From assembly GCA_022844165.1 (NCBI GenBank), contig JALHMH010000004.1:64001-128000 (forward strand): DNA of 64,000 nucleotides, read 5' to 3'. A program made the translations under genes and the position numbers. Positions 38,398-49,454 of the stretch are shown piece by piece; position 1 is the first letter of the stretch; the number at the start of each line of letters is the position of its first letter. Source of the DNA: Lysobacterales bacterium (GTDB taxonomy: Bacteria > Pseudomonadota > Gammaproteobacteria > Xanthomonadales > SZUA-5). The notes under the pieces were generated by a model, which did not search any database, was not told where the DNA came from, and was given only the letters and a program-made list of their open reading frames with translations.

Positions 38398-40188
38398 ATG
38401 AGCCTGTGCTTATCGCTTGCCCTGACTGCCGCTGGCCTTTGCCCACCGGCGCCACACGCCAACTCTCTGGCGATGGAAACGCTGATCGGTGGATCGTTGC
38501 CGGCTTATTTGTACGATCCGGACGAAGTCAAAATCGTGCGCCGACGTCCAGGGCACCCGCCGCCCAAATCGCGCCATCGGCCTGATCAGAACACGGCAAA
38601 TGTCGATCCCGCGCCGATCGACGCCGTCGGTGAGTTCTTGCCGGTGCCAGATCGTTGGCGAATCATGGAGACCTTAGGCTTCAAGTACCCTTGGTACGAT
38701 CCCTACAACCAGAACATCTGGAAGGGCGACAAACCGATTCACGATGAGGATTGGTTCCTGAGCTTGCTGGCCATCAGCGACACGGTACTTGAACCGCGAT
38801 CGATTCCAACACCGGTTGGCCCGCAGGCTTCCGCCGATCCGGGCGCGCTGGATATCTTCGCTGGCGGAGATCAGACGATCGTTTCGCAAACCGTGCTTGC
38901 GGGGCTCGTGTACTACAAAGGCAACACGACGTTCAAACCGCCAGCGTACGAGTACCGATTGACGTTGGCACTCAATTACAACCGTGTCGATATCGATGAC
39001 GTTCGTGGACTCGACATCGATCCGCGTGAGGGCAAGACTCGTGTCGATGGGTTCATCGCGCTGCAAGAGGTTTTCGCCGACATTCACTTGCGCGACGTTA
39101 GCCCGCGCTACGATTTCGATGCGATTCGTTTTGGCATTCAGCCGTTCTCGAGCGACTTTCGTGGATTCCTGTTCCAGGATCTGCAGTTCGGCGTGCGCTT
39201 GTTCGGCAACCGCGACAACAACAAGAAACAATACAACCTGGCCTGGTTCCGGCGCGTCGAAAAGGACTTGAACTCCGGTCTGAACGACGTATCGGAGGGC
39301 CTGCGCGACGACGATATCTTCATCGCGAACTACTATTGGCAAGACCTCGGGATACTCGGATTCACGTCGCAAGCGACGCTGGTCTACAACCGCAATCGCG
39401 AAACGGATTTATTCTTCGATTCCAACGGCTTCATCCAACGGCCGTCATCTTTGGGCACCGAACGTCCGCGCGAATACGACGTGGCGTATCTGGGTTACAA
39501 CGGCGATGGTCGCATCGGTTGGTTGAACCTCTCGGCGAGCGCCTATTACGCTTTTGGCGACAATCAAGGTACGTTTACCGGCCGCGACAGCGATGTCCGC
39601 GCGGGTTTCTTTGCGGCCGAGTTGTCACGTGACTATGACTGGATTCGTCCGCGGCTGTCCGTCGCCTATGCGAGTGGCGATGAGGATCCTTTCGATGATC
39701 GCAGCAACGGTTACGACGCGATCTTCGAGAACCCGATTTTCGCGGGCGCCGACACCAGCTATTGGATTCGTCAGAACGTGCCGCTGATTGGCGGTGGCGG
39801 CGTCACTCTAGCTTCGCGAAATGGCATCCTGAACTCGATGCGCTCGTCGAAAGAACAGGGTCAGTCCAACTTCGACAATCCTGGCTTGCACTTGATTGGG
39901 ATCGGCGCCGACTTCGACATCACGCCGGAGTCGCGAGTGTCGTTCAACGTCAACCAGTTGTGGTTCGATGAAACCGCAGTGCTTGAAGCGGCGCGCAATC
40001 AGGCGCCGATTGATCGCGAGATTGGTACCGATGTGTCCATTGCCTGGATCTGGCGCCCGTTCATGACACAGAACATCGTGTTCCGTTTGTCCGGTGCCGC
40101 GCTTGAGCCAGGCGATGGACTGGCGGACTTGTATGGCGACGACGACACCTACTACACGGTGTTGGGCAATGTGATTTTTACCTATTGA
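38398..40188 (+). CDS. Putative outer-membrane beta-barrel protein
   Basis: Signal-like N-terminus; amphipathic aromatic-rich strands (GIQPFSSDFRG, YASGD, REIGTDV); C-terminal aromatic residue (VIFTY). Confidence 0.7.
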   Translation: MSLCLSLALTAAGLCPPAPHANSLAMETLIGGSLPAYLYDPDEVKIVRRRPGHPPPKSRHRPDQNTANVDPAPIDAVGEFLPVPDRWRIMETLGFKYPWYDPYNQNIWKGDKPIHDEDWFLSLLAISDTVLEPRSIPTPVGPQASADPGALDIFAGGDQTIVSQTVLAGLVYYKGNTTFKPPAYEYRLTLALNYNRVDIDDVRGLDIDPREGKTRVDGFIALQEVFADIHLRDVSPRYDFDAIRFGIQPFSSDFRGFLFQDLQFGVRLFGNRDNNKKQYNLAWFRRVEKDLNSGLNDVSEGLRDDDIFIANYYWQDLGILGFTSQATLVYNRNRETDLFFDSNGFIQRPSSLGTERPREYDVAYLGYNGDGRIGWLNLSASAYYAFGDNQGTFTGRDSDVRAGFFAAELSRDYDWIRPRLSVAYASGDEDPFDDRSNGYDAIFENPIFAGADTSYWIRQNVPLIGGGGVTLASRNGILNSMRSSKEQGQSNFDNPGLHLIGIGADFDITPESRVSFNVNQLWFDETAVLEAARNQAPIDREIGTDVSIAWIWRPFMTQNIVFRLSGAALEPGDGLADLYGDDDTYYTVLGNVIFTY

Positions 40189-40207
40189 CGGTCTGGTTGG
40201 GGACAGC

Positions 40208-43200
40208 ATGAAAAGCACAACGCTCTGGGCCTTGGCTGGATTATTGGCCATCGTACCGTTCGCCCACGCTGCCGAAGAGTTGGTCGCCGTTGAGCGCGAA
40301 TACGTCACGGCGCCGGACGCGCCTGCGCACCAAACCTGGGCGCAGGCCGACGCCAAGAGCGACGGTTGCATGAGTTGCCACTCCACGGTGGACCAAAAAA
40401 CGATGCATGCATCGCCAGCGGTCGTGCTCGGATGCACCGATTGCCACGGTGGTGACGCAACGGTCGTTGGCCCTAAAGACCAAAAGGGCCAAGTGGCGGT
40501 TGCACCGGGCCACGGCGCAGATGCGGATGTTGGTCACGATCACGGCAGTTACGCACCCGACTATTTGGCAGCGATGGAGAAGGCGCATGTGCTACCGCGC
40601 TATCCCGATGCCTGGCACTACCCGCGCTCAAGCAATCCGGAGCGCACTTACACGCTGCTCAATAAGGAGGCGCCTGAGTTTACGCGCTTCATGAATCCGG
40701 GGGATCTGCGCATCGCGCACGAAGCGTGCGGCGCGTGCCACATGCCGATTATTGAGGCAGCGAAACGATCGATCATGGCTTCGAGCGCAATGCTCTGGGG
40801 CGGCGCGTCTTACAACAACGGCATCTTGCCCTACAAGCGCTACATTCTGGGCGAGGCGTACACGCGCGAAGGTGAAGCGGCGACGATTACCTCTTTGGTG
40901 CCGGTGACGCCCGAAATGCAAGTCAAGGGCGCACTGCAACAGCTGGTGCCGCTCCCGGCGTGGGAAGTCATACCGCCGGGCGATATCTTCCGCGTCTTCG
41001 AGCGCGGCGGGCGCAACATCAACACCACGTTTCCAGAGACAGGCCTGCCAAATTCGCTCGGGCAAATCCAGCGACTCGAGGAGCCCGGTCGTCCGGACAT
41101 CAAGCAGTCGAACCGGGGCCCCGGCACTGGTCAACGCATTGCCGTGCCAGTGATCAATATTCTCAAGACGCGGCTCAACGACCCAAATATGTGGTTCCTG
41201 GGCACCAACGATCAGCCCGGCGACTTTCGCAATTCTGGTTGCACAGCGTGCCATGTGCCTTATGCGAATGACCGCGATCCGCGGCACTCCGGGCCTTACG
41301 TACATGCGGGCCATATGGGGCAGAGTCAGCAGGCCGATCCGACGATTCCCAAAGACCGGCCTGGGCATCCGATCAAACACGCCTTCACGCGCTCGATTCC
41401 CACCAGCCAATGCATGATCTGCCACATGCACCAGCCGAATATGTTCGTAAACACGTTCCTGGGCTACACCATGTGGGACTACGAGTCCGACGCGCCGTTC
41501 ATGTGGCCGGAGAAACAGCAGTACCCAAGCCACGTTGAGATGCGCAAGGCACTCGATCGCAACCCCGAAGAGGCGGTGATTCGTGGCAAGTGGGCAGACC
41601 TGGAATTCGTCAAAAAAGTGGCCGAGCTCAATCCACAGTTGAAGGACACTCAATTCGCCGACTATCACGGTCATGGCTGGAATTTCCGCGCCATCTTCAA
41701 ACGCGATCGGAAGGGGAATTTGTTAGATGCCGGCGGGACAATTGTCGAAGACAACGACCCGAAGAAGTTCGAAAAGGCCGTGCATATGTCCTCAATCCAC
41801 GTGGACGTCGGTATGCATTGCGTGGATTGTCACTTCGCGCAGGATATGCACGGAAACGGGCATGTTGTTGGTGAGGTCGCAGCCGGTGTTGAGATCATGT
41901 GCAGCGACTGCCATGGAACGCCGGACAAGTACCCGAGTCTGATCACGTCCGGGCCAATGGCCAGTAAACAAGGACGCAATTTGTCCGACTTACGAAATCC
42001 CGATGGCAAGAAACGTTTCGAGTGGATCGGCGAGAAGCTCATTCAACGTTCGATCATGACACCAGGCCTTGAGTGGGAAATGTCATTGGTCAAAGACACA
42101 TCGAATCCGACCAGTCCCGCCTACAATGTGGTCGCCGACCGGGCGCATACCATGAGTCGAGATAAGGCAACGCAGGCCTTTGGCGTCGACGTGCCGCCTT
42201 CCGACTACGCTCACGGCGAAGACAAAATGCTCTGCTACTCCTGCCACACCAGCTGGACAACCAGTTGCGGTGGCTGCCACTTGCCGATCCAGGCCAACTG
42301 GATGACCAAGCGCAATCACTACGAGGGCGGCACCACACGCAACTACGCGACCTACAATCCGCAGGTCGCGCGCGACGATGTGTTTATGCTGGCCAGGCAC
42401 GGCGAAGTGAAGGACTATAAGATCGCTCCCATGCGTTCCAGCTCGGCGCTGATCCTGTCCAGCACCAACAGCAATCGCGAGAAGATCTACATCCAGCAGC
42501 CACCAATCGCGGCGTCGGGTTATTCAAGTCAGGCGATGGCGCCGCACTATCCGCACACCGAGCGCCGTACCGAGACGAAGACTTGCACCGACTGCCATGT
42601 TTCGAAGGACGGCGATAACAACGCGATCATGGCTCAAGTCTTGGGCCAGGGCACTAAGTTTATGGACTTCCTTGGCTATAACGCGTGGGTTGGTGGCAGT
42701 GGCGAAATCAGTGCCATTCGAGTGACTGAATGGGAGGAGCCGCAGGCCGTTGTCGGAAGTTACTTACATAAGTACGCTTACCCGGATTGGTTCGCCGAAC
42801 ATCAACAGCGCGGTCAGCAGCTCGAGGAGGCGTATCAACATAGCGCAGGCGAAGCGAATTGCATCCAGCTACGGGGAGAGTATCTTTTTGTGGCGGAAGG
42901 CAGTAAAGGCATGCGGGTTTACGACGTCGCGAGCATCGCGAATAAGGGCATCAGCCAGCGCATCATCACCGCACCCTTTTCGCCTGTCGGACACGACACA
43001 CACATTCCGAGCTCGAACGCAACCTGCGTCGTGCTCCCCACAACCCAGCCCGTACAGCCATCGCGCAATCAGGGTGACCTGATGCGCAAAGAGAATTTGG
43101 AGCAGCCGCACTCGCCGATCTATCACTACGCTTTCATCACCGATAGCGAAGAAGGCCTGATTGCGGTCGACATCGACACGCTCCACGATGGCGAACCGCG

Positions 43201-44074
43201 CGACAATTTCCTGACCCGGGCGATGACCTGGAATCCCGATGGTGTGCTCAATGGTGTTCGACATTTGACCATCGCCGGCCATTGGTTTTACGCGACGACG
43301 CCGCGTAGCGTCGAAGTCATCGATATGACCGATCCGCTGCAGCCGCGCCATGTTCGCTCGGTTTCGCTAACCGATGCGCGCGCGAGCCAACAGCAGTTCC
43401 GGTACCTTTTTGTGACCACTGGCCGTGGGCTTGAAGTGCTCGACATCACCCACCCGGAGAAGGCGTATGTCGTGCCGGATGCGTTCATCGCCATCCGTGA
43501 TGCGCACAAGATTCATGTGGCGCGGACGTTTGCGTATGTCGCCGCAGGTAGCGAAGGTCTCGTCATTGTCGACGTGACCAAGCCCACAAGTCCTACGCTC
43601 TACCAGCGCTTCAATGGCGGTGGCGCCATCAGCGATGCACGCGATGTGACGGTCGCTTCCACCAATGCATCACTTTATGCCTATATCGCTGATGGCAAGA
43701 ATGGTTTGCACGTCGTGCAATTGACTGGACCTGAAAACCAGCCGAAGTTCTACGGCTTTAGCCCAGATCCAAAGCCCGTGTTAATCGCTTCGAAGAAGAC
43801 CGCCAAGATCGCGCTTTCTCTCTCTCGTGCGCTGGAGCGTGACCGTGCGGTCGACGAGACCGGTGGCCAGATCGCGGTGCTCGGCCGAGTCGGATCACGC
43901 CCATTCAATGAGGCCGAACAACGCGCATTCTACCTGGACGGGAATGGCAATCCTTGGACAGTCAGCGATCAGGTTGACGGACCGCGTGGTATCACGACGA
44001 AACCTCTGCCGTTCAAGAACAATCGGATTATGGAGATGCAGCAGGGCGCGAATAGCGCTGGTATGCCACATTAG
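40208..44074 (+). CDS. Decaheme c-type cytochrome with C-terminal LVIVD-repeat beta-propeller
   Basis: Signal peptide; 10 CxxCH (CMSCH, CTDCH, CGACH, CTACH, CMICH, CVDCH, CSDCH, CYSCH, CGGCH, CTDCH); YLFVAEG..GMRVYDV, AYVAAGSEGLVIVDVTKP, AYIADG..GLHVV. Confidence 0.88.
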   Translation: MKSTTLWALAGLLAIVPFAHAAEELVAVEREYVTAPDAPAHQTWAQADAKSDGCMSCHSTVDQKTMHASPAVVLGCTDCHGGDATVVGPKDQKGQVAVAPGHGADADVGHDHGSYAPDYLAAMEKAHVLPRYPDAWHYPRSSNPERTYTLLNKEAPEFTRFMNPGDLRIAHEACGACHMPIIEAAKRSIMASSAMLWGGASYNNGILPYKRYILGEAYTREGEAATITSLVPVTPEMQVKGALQQLVPLPAWEVIPPGDIFRVFERGGRNINTTFPETGLPNSLGQIQRLEEPGRPDIKQSNRGPGTGQRIAVPVINILKTRLNDPNMWFLGTNDQPGDFRNSGCTACHVPYANDRDPRHSGPYVHAGHMGQSQQADPTIPKDRPGHPIKHAFTRSIPTSQCMICHMHQPNMFVNTFLGYTMWDYESDAPFMWPEKQQYPSHVEMRKALDRNPEEAVIRGKWADLEFVKKVAELNPQLKDTQFADYHGHGWNFRAIFKRDRKGNLLDAGGTIVEDNDPKKFEKAVHMSSIHVDVGMHCVDCHFAQDMHGNGHVVGEVAAGVEIMCSDCHGTPDKYPSLITSGPMASKQGRNLSDLRNPDGKKRFEWIGEKLIQRSIMTPGLEWEMSLVKDTSNPTSPAYNVVADRAHTMSRDKATQAFGVDVPPSDYAHGEDKMLCYSCHTSWTTSCGGCHLPIQANWMTKRNHYEGGTTRNYATYNPQVARDDVFMLARHGEVKDYKIAPMRSSSALILSSTNSNREKIYIQQPPIAASGYSSQAMAPHYPHTERRTETKTCTDCHVSKDGDNNAIMAQVLGQGTKFMDFLGYNAWVGGSGEISAIRVTEWEEPQAVVGSYLHKYAYPDWFAEHQQRGQQLEEAYQHSAGEANCIQLRGEYLFVAEGSKGMRVYDVASIANKGISQRIITAPFSPVGHDTHIPSSNATCVVLPTTQPVQPSRNQGDLMRKENLEQPHSPIYHYAFITDSEEGLIAVDIDTLHDGEPRDNFLTRAMTWNPDGVLNGVRHLTIAGHWFYATTPRSVEVIDMTDPLQPRHVRSVSLTDARASQQQFRYLFVTTGRGLEVLDITHPEKAYVVPDAFIAIRDAHKIHVARTFAYVAAGSEGLVIVDVTKPTSPTLYQRFNGGGAISDARDVTVASTNASLYAYIADGKNGLHVVQLTGPENQPKFYGFSPDPKPVLIASKKTAKIALSLSRALERDRAVDETGGQIAVLGRVGSRPFNEAEQRAFYLDGNGNPWTVSDQVDGPRGITTKPLPFKNNRIMEMQQGANSAGMPH

Positions 44075-44119
44075 TTCGGGTGTGAGAATGAGACGACGTT
44101 AACAGCGACTCGCCTTCGT

Positions 44120-45256
44120 TCAAAGCAGGTGACGTTGCCCAGGCGCCGACAGCTGTGGCAGCGGCGGCATGTTCGCGGTGCCTGCGATCATGAGTTTGAA
44201 GCGCTCGCCCATTTCGCCAGGTAACATGAGGCGCTTTAGAGCGCCGGTGAGTTGCAGGCGCGAACGATCCTCCAGGGTGGCCAGTTCGGCGAAAATGGTG
44301 GGTAGATCCTGGCGCAACATGAAGCCGGCCTGCGTGTCGTAAGTGAGCAGGTGCAGTTTCGCGGCGGTCAGAGCTTCTGCAAGGGCGGTAAAGTCGACGA
44401 ATGCGGAGATGTCGTTCAGGCCGGGCAAAAAAAACGGGTCGTCATGGGCCCGATGTTGGTGATGGCAGATCAGTGTTCCTTGATCGCGTTCGGGCCGGTA
44501 ATACTCGGCTCGCCCATAGCCATAGTCGCAAAACAGTGCGATTCCGCGACGCAGTTGCGCTGTCACCGTTGCGATAAAGGACGGCAGCACCGTTGCAACC
44601 TCGCTGGCGTAGCCATGGGGCAGCTTGCGTCCGAGGCTGGATTCGATGTGGCGCACAGCGGCCGCGAGCGCCGGCGTCGCGGATCGATTTTGCCAACGCA
44701 AACCAATGTCGAACGCCACTGCGCGTTCGAGTACGGTGCCATCGTCAATGCAAAAACATTCCACCGCGAGCGCGTCGAGCACCTCATTGCCGATGACCAC
44801 GCCATCGAATGGCGATGTCGGCGGCGCATCCAGGAACTCAACATCGAATCCTGCCAATCGTTGGGCCTGGCGCGCGCGCAAATCGCCACTGCGATCGAGC
44901 ATGCAATAGCGTACCGGTGCAACGCGTAATCCGCGCAAAGTCGAAAGAAGGTCGGCGGCCAGGGCGCCACTGCCGCCGCCGAGTTCGAGGATGGTCGGGT
45001 GGTCGAAGGCTCGTAGCACGGGTGCGATCGCGTGTGCGATCACGCGCGCAAAAGCCGGCCCCAGTTCGGGTGCCGTGACGAAGTCGCCTGCGGCGCCGAA
45101 CTTGGTCGCGCCGCCGCTGTAGTAGCCCAGTCCCGGCGCATACAGCGCAAGGTCCATATACCGCGCAAAGGAAATCGCACCGGTGCCGACCTGTGTGCGA
45201 ATTCGCTCGACGAGCGTGGCGCAATGCGCCATCGCTTCGGCATCGGGCCCGCTCAA
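44120..45256 (-). CDS. SAM-dependent methyltransferase, MidA/NDUFAF7 family
   Basis: SFARYMDLALYAPGLGYY, GDFVTAPE, LELGGGSG, NEVLDAL, DYGY, DISAFVDF, EMGERFK; TTG start overlapping the upstream stop. Confidence 0.88.
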   Translation of the reverse strand: MSGPDAEAMAHCATLVERIRTQVGTGAISFARYMDLALYAPGLGYYSGGATKFGAAGDFVTAPELGPAFARVIAHAIAPVLRAFDHPTILELGGGSGALAADLLSTLRGLRVAPVRYCMLDRSGDLRARQAQRLAGFDVEFLDAPPTSPFDGVVIGNEVLDALAVECFCIDDGTVLERAVAFDIGLRWQNRSATPALAAAVRHIESSLGRKLPHGYASEVATVLPSFIATVTAQLRRGIALFCDYGYGRAEYYRPERDQGTLICHHQHRAHDDPFFLPGLNDISAFVDFTALAEALTAAKLHLLTYDTQAGFMLRQDLPTIFAELATLEDRSRLQLTGALKRLMLPGEMGERFKLMIAGTANMPPLPQLSAPGQRHLL

Positions 45257-45675
45257 AACGCGATGCCGGCCTTGCGAAAGGCCTTGGCCAGCAAGAACAC
45301 CGGACCGATCATCAGGAAGCGAAGGTCGTCCAGAAACGATGGCTTTTTGCCTTCGATTGCGTGACCGATGAACTGAAAAATCCAGGTCAGGACAAACAAC
45401 ACAATCGCCGTCCAATGCAGGTACGGCACATAGGCGAAAGACCATAGGCACAATGCGGCGAACAGCAGCATGGCAGCCGTCATTGGCAGGGACAGTGTTG
45501 CGTAGTAAACGAGCCCTGCGACCGCAGACGCGTAGGCCAGGTAAGGGTGAGCCCAATACAGGATCGCGAGTACGCACCAGACGATGATCGGCACGCAGAT
45601 CCAATGGATCAGAATGTTGGTTGGGTTGCGATGGGATTCGGCGTATTGGCCGATCAGCTGATCGATGGTGCGCAT
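45253..45675 (-). CDS. DUF962/Mpo1-like membrane protein
   Basis: YAESHRNPTN..IHWICVP, WIFQFIGH.IEGKKPSF.DDL.FL.IGP. Confidence 0.88.
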   Translation of the reverse strand: MRTIDQLIGQYAESHRNPTNILIHWICVPIIVWCVLAILYWAHPYLAYASAVAGLVYYATLSLPMTAAMLLFAALCLWSFAYVPYLHWTAIVLFVLTWIFQFIGHAIEGKKPSFLDDLRFLMIGPVFLLAKAFRKAGIAF

Positions 45676-45706
45676 TTGTCGGACCTTGCGAAGGTGTTTG
45701 GGAACC

Positions 45707-46303
45707 TCAGGGTTTCATTGCCGTGCGGCCATGAAAGGCATGCGCGAGCGTGCCGCGATCAATGTACTCCAACTCGCCTCCGACGGGAACGCCATGTGCG
45801 ATTCGACTGACGTCAACGCCGGCCGAGCGCGCGAGTTCGCCCAGATAATGTGCGGTTGCTTCGCCTTCTACGGTGGGATTGGTGGCGATGATCATCTCTT
45901 TGACGTCGCCCTCGGCCAGGCGTTGCGCCAGGTGATCCAGGCCTATTTCGCGCGGACCGCGGCCATCCAACGGCGACAGGCGCCCATGCAGCACGAAATA
46001 CAGGCCGCGATATCCGGTGGCTTGTTCCAGCGCGTACAAATCAGCGCTGGTTTCGACGACACAGAGCTGATGCGGATCGCGGCTTGCGCTGGCGCAGATC
46101 GGGCACACTGGCGTTTCGGAGAACGTCCGACATCGGGTACAACGGCCTATGCGGTCGCTGGCCTCGATCAGCTTTTCGGCCAGGCGTTTCGCCGGCGCAC
46201 GATCGCGATCGAGCAGATGAAATGCCATGCGCTGCGCGCTCTTTGCGCCAACGCCGGGCAGGCAGCGCAGGGCTTGGATCAACTCCTCCAGCAACGGACT
46301 CAT
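45707..46303 (-). CDS. recR: Recombination mediator RecR
   Basis: [19 protein letters not shown]...[27 protein letters not shown]. Confidence 0.97.
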   Translation of the reverse strand: MSPLLEELIQALRCLPGVGAKSAQRMAFHLLDRDRAPAKRLAEKLIEASDRIGRCTRCRTFSETPVCPICASASRDPHQLCVVETSADLYALEQATGYRGLYFVLHGRLSPLDGRGPREIGLDHLAQRLAEGDVKEMIIATNPTVEGEATAHYLGELARSAGVDVSRIAHGVPVGGELEYIDRGTLAHAFHGRTAMKP

Positions 46304-46319
46304 GATTGTAGCGCCGTGG

Positions 46320-46655
46320 TCAGAACGGTAGCTTCATTCCCGGCGGCAATGGCATTCCGGCGGTCGCCTTTTGCATCCGCGCCTGAGAGACCTCGGCAAC
46401 TTTGTTCACCGCGTCGTTAATGGCGGCAGCCAGCAAGTCCTCGACCATTTCCGGATCGTCCTTGAGCAGTTGCGGATCAATGCGCACGCGACGCGCTTCA
46501 TGGCGCCCGCTCATCACCACGCTGACCATTCCACCGCCAGCGCTGCCGGTGACCTCGGTTTGTTCCAGCTCACGTTGCGCTTGCGCCATGTTGCGCTGCA
46601 GTTCTTCCTGCATTTTTTGCGCTTGTTGCAATAGATTTCCCAGTCCACCACGCAT
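46320..46655 (-). CDS. ybaB: YbaB/EbfC nucleoid-associated protein
   Basis: [33 protein letters not shown]; between dnaX and recR. Confidence 0.95.
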   Translation of the reverse strand: MRGGLGNLLQQAQKMQEELQRNMAQAQRELEQTEVTGSAGGGMVSVVMSGRHEARRVRIDPQLLKDDPEMVEDLLAAAINDAVNKVAEVSQARMQKATAGMPLPPGMKLPF

Positions 46656-46671
46656 AGGAGCCACCTCTGTC

Positions 46672-48249
46672 TCAGTTCAATTTCAGACTACCGGGCACCG
46701 GTTTGGCGCCGAGCTCATGGATTAATGCCGACGCCACGGGATCGGCGAGCAACGTAGCCTCGGCAGCGCTCTGTCTGGCTTGCGTCTGGCGTTGCGCGCG
46801 GTCAGCAAAGGTCTCACCAGCAACCTTGGTGCGCTGAATATCAATGCTCGCGGCGGTCCCAAGTGCGCGCCGAATCCCTTCCTCAAGTCCGTTTCGCGCT
46901 AATTGTGTATTGACGGCATCCAGGTTCGGCGCGAGGGCTAAGATCCAGCGTTCGCCCTGGCAGTCGACTGGCTTGAGTTGCGCTGCGAGTTCTCGCGCCG
47001 GGCCGCGCAATTCGGCGCGATCCAAGGCATCGAACCAGCGCTGTTCAATTGCATTGGCAGGCGTAGTGCTTGCTGCCGCCGGCTGGGCCGTCGCAGCCGA
47101 GCTCTGTGGTGCCGCTGATCTGGTCTGAGAGGGGCTCGGCCTGGCTCGTACCGGAGCAGAACCGCTGCCGGGTCGGAACGCCAGCAGGCGCAACATCGCC
47201 ATGTCGAAACCGGTCCTGTGATCTGGCGAGTAGTCCAGATCGCGCCGTGCAAGCAACGTTATCTGATAGTAGACCTGGACCACCTCGGGCGCCAATGCAC
47301 CCGCGAACTCGACAAGCGTCGCCGTATCGAGCACATCCGAATCGACGCTCTCTCCCAAAACCTGCCGTGCTGCAACGTCGTGCCAAAGACGCATCATCTC
47401 CACGAGTACGCTGCCATAACCCACGCCCATCATGGCGACACGCTCAAGTTCAACTTTGAGTTTGCTGCCGTCGCCCGCAACGAGTGCCCGCGCTATGCCT
47501 AGCAGGGCATCGCGGTCGATCGTGCCGAGCATTGAGGCGACATCCTCGGCCTTGACGCTGCCGCCACCGAATGCCAGCGCTTGATCCAGCAAGCTCAAGC
47601 CATCGCGCAGGCTGCCATCGGCTGCGCGTGCCAATGCGTCGATACCTGCAGCTTCGTAAGCGATACCTTCGGCATCCAGGATGTGGTGCATTTGTCCGGC
47701 AATTTCTGCGCGTTCCAGGCGTTTCAAACTGAATTGCAAGCACCGCGACAAGACCGTGACCGGGACTTTTTGCGGGTCAGTCGTCGCGAGCAGAAATTTC
47801 ACATGCGGCGGTGGTTCTTCCAGCGTCTTCAGCAACGCGTTGAAGCTTGCCGTGGACAGCATGTGGACTTCGTCGATCAAGTAGACCTTGTAGCGCCCAC
47901 GGCCTGGCGCATAAACAACGGAGTCCAACAGATCACGGGTTTCGTCGACTTTCGAACGCGAAGCGGCGTCGATTTCCATCAAGTCAACGAAGCGCCCGGC
48001 GTCGATGTCGGTACACGCCGAACAAACACCGCAGGGTTCGGTGCTTACGCCGCGTTCGCAGTTAAGTGCCTTGGCCAAGATCCGCGCGATCGTCGTCTTG
48101 CCAACGCCGCGCGTTCCGGTAAACAAAAACGCATGGTGGAGGCGACCGGTTTCGATACCATTGACCAATGCGCGCACGACGTGTTTTTGGCCCACGAGTT
48201 CCGAGAATCGTTTTGGGCGCCACTTTCGAGCGAGGACAAGATAGGTCAT
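46672..48249 (-). CDS. dnaX: DNA polymerase III subunit gamma/tau
   Basis: [33 protein letters not shown]...[26 protein letters not shown]. Confidence 0.97.
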   Translation of the reverse strand: MTYLVLARKWRPKRFSELVGQKHVVRALVNGIETGRLHHAFLFTGTRGVGKTTIARILAKALNCERGVSTEPCGVCSACTDIDAGRFVDLMEIDAASRSKVDETRDLLDSVVYAPGRGRYKVYLIDEVHMLSTASFNALLKTLEEPPPHVKFLLATTDPQKVPVTVLSRCLQFSLKRLERAEIAGQMHHILDAEGIAYEAAGIDALARAADGSLRDGLSLLDQALAFGGGSVKAEDVASMLGTIDRDALLGIARALVAGDGSKLKVELERVAMMGVGYGSVLVEMMRLWHDVAARQVLGESVDSDVLDTATLVEFAGALAPEVVQVYYQITLLARRDLDYSPDHRTGFDMAMLRLLAFRPGSGSAPVRARPSPSQTRSAAPQSSAATAQPAAASTTPANAIEQRWFDALDRAELRGPARELAAQLKPVDCQGERWILALAPNLDAVNTQLARNGLEEGIRRALGTAASIDIQRTKVAGETFADRAQRQTQARQSAAEATLLADPVASALIHELGAKPVPGSLKLN

Positions 48250-48350
48250 TGGTTGGCGGCTGAAGATTATGGGGGTGACGGTGGGTGAAGTAGTTGTGGC
48301 TGTTCAGTTGTGAATAGTCGATGGGTTGCCTCGTCGGCAGCCTCCAATAC

Positions 48351-48497
48351 GCTGTTGAGAAAGTGCTTTCCTGCACCTTCTCAACGTCACAAATCCGGGA
48401 TAGATCTAAATAAATCAAGCACGTGCGTGCTAGATTCATGTGCTGCTCGATTCATGTGCCATCCATGGTTCGCGCTGGCAGGCTGTTTCTCAACAGC
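48351..48497. mobile_element. MITE-like element (147 bp) with 12-bp terminal inverted repeats
   Basis: GCTGTTGAGAAA (48351-48362) and TTTCTCAACAGC (48486-48497); AT-richer interior with GATTCATGTGC twice. Confidence 0.55.
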
Positions 48498-48504
48498 CCC
48501 AACC

Positions 48505-48984
48505 TCACTTGTTCCGTTCGCGCAATATCCGCGCTTTATCGCGTTGCCAGTCGCGATCTTTCTCCGACTCGCGTTTGTCGTGCAGCTTTTTGCCTTTGGC
48601 CAGGCCTAGTTCAACTTTGACGCGATTGCCTTTCCAGTACAACTTGAGCGGAATGACCGTGTAGCCCTTACGCTCCACCGCTCCGATCAGTCGATCGAGT
48701 TCGGCGCGATGAAGCAGTAATTTGCGGTTGCGCAATTTGTCGGCAATGACATGCGTCGAGGCTGAAATCAGTGGCGTGATCTGCGCGCCGAATAGATACG
48801 CTTCGCCGTCTCGAAGCAGCGCATAACTCTCGCCGAACTGAACGCGACCGTCGCGCAGGCTCTTCACTTCCCAGCCTTGCAGCGCTAAGCCAGCCTCCAG
48901 GCGCTCATCGATGTGGTAGTCGAAGCGAGCGCGTTTGTTCACAGCGATGTCGCCACCTGCGCTATCTTTTTTGTTCTTGCTCAC
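48505..48984 (-). CDS. smpB: SsrA-binding protein
   Basis: NKRARFDY.I...[27 protein letters not shown]...K.RDW. Confidence 0.97.
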   Translation of the reverse strand: MSKNKKDSAGGDIAVNKRARFDYHIDERLEAGLALQGWEVKSLRDGRVQFGESYALLRDGEAYLFGAQITPLISASTHVIADKLRNRKLLLHRAELDRLIGAVERKGYTVIPLKLYWKGNRVKVELGLAKGKKLHDKRESEKDRDWQRDKARILRERNK

Positions 48985-49001
48985 GATGTTCGAACTTTCT
49001 G

Positions 49002-49454
49002 GTGACTGCCCTGTCCGCCAACGAAACACGGATCTCACGCAGCATACTGGTGGGATTTACGCCCGCGCAGATGTTTGCGCTTGTGGCAGATGTGGAGGCA
49101 TACCCGAACCGCTTCAACTGGTGCGATGCCGCCGCCGTCGATCGGACGCAGCATAACCGGGTCAAGGCAAGCTTGTCAGTGCGAGTGCTGGGTATCGCCG
49201 TTCGGTTTACCACAATGAATACTGAGCGACCACCGGAGGAAATTGTGTTGGCGCTTGAGGAAGGGCCGTTTCGACACCTGCAGGGCAAGTGGTCTTTTGT
49301 CCCGATCGGCCAATCGGGTTGCCGCGTATCGCTCGATCTTCGGTTCGAAACCACTCGGGGGTTGGTTGCCCATGCGGTGGCTGTTGCATTCGCGCAGATT
49401 GCCGATCGCATGGTCGACGATTTTGCCAAGGCGGCGAAAGATGCCTACCGTTGA
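49002..49454 (+). CDS. ratA: RatA/PasT (CoQ10-like START domain) protein
   Basis: [38 protein letters not shown]; divergent from smpB. Confidence 0.88.
   Translation: MTALSANETRISRSILVGFTPAQMFALVADVEAYPNRFNWCDAAAVDRTQHNRVKASLSVRVLGIAVRFTTMNTERPPEEIVLALEEGPFRHLQGKWSFVPIGQSGCRVSLDLRFETTRGLVAHAVAVAFAQIADRMVDDFAKAAKDAYR

Noticed and set aside
46672-48249. dnaX -1 frameshift or slippage signal producing gamma
   Set aside because: No A-AAA-AAG or long A/T run seen in the linker region.
48250-48504. Possible tRNA, SRP RNA or tmRNA between dnaX and smpB
   Set aside because: No cloverleaf, T-loop GTTC(G/A)A, SRP core or ssrA termini seen; the region is better explained by the TIR element.
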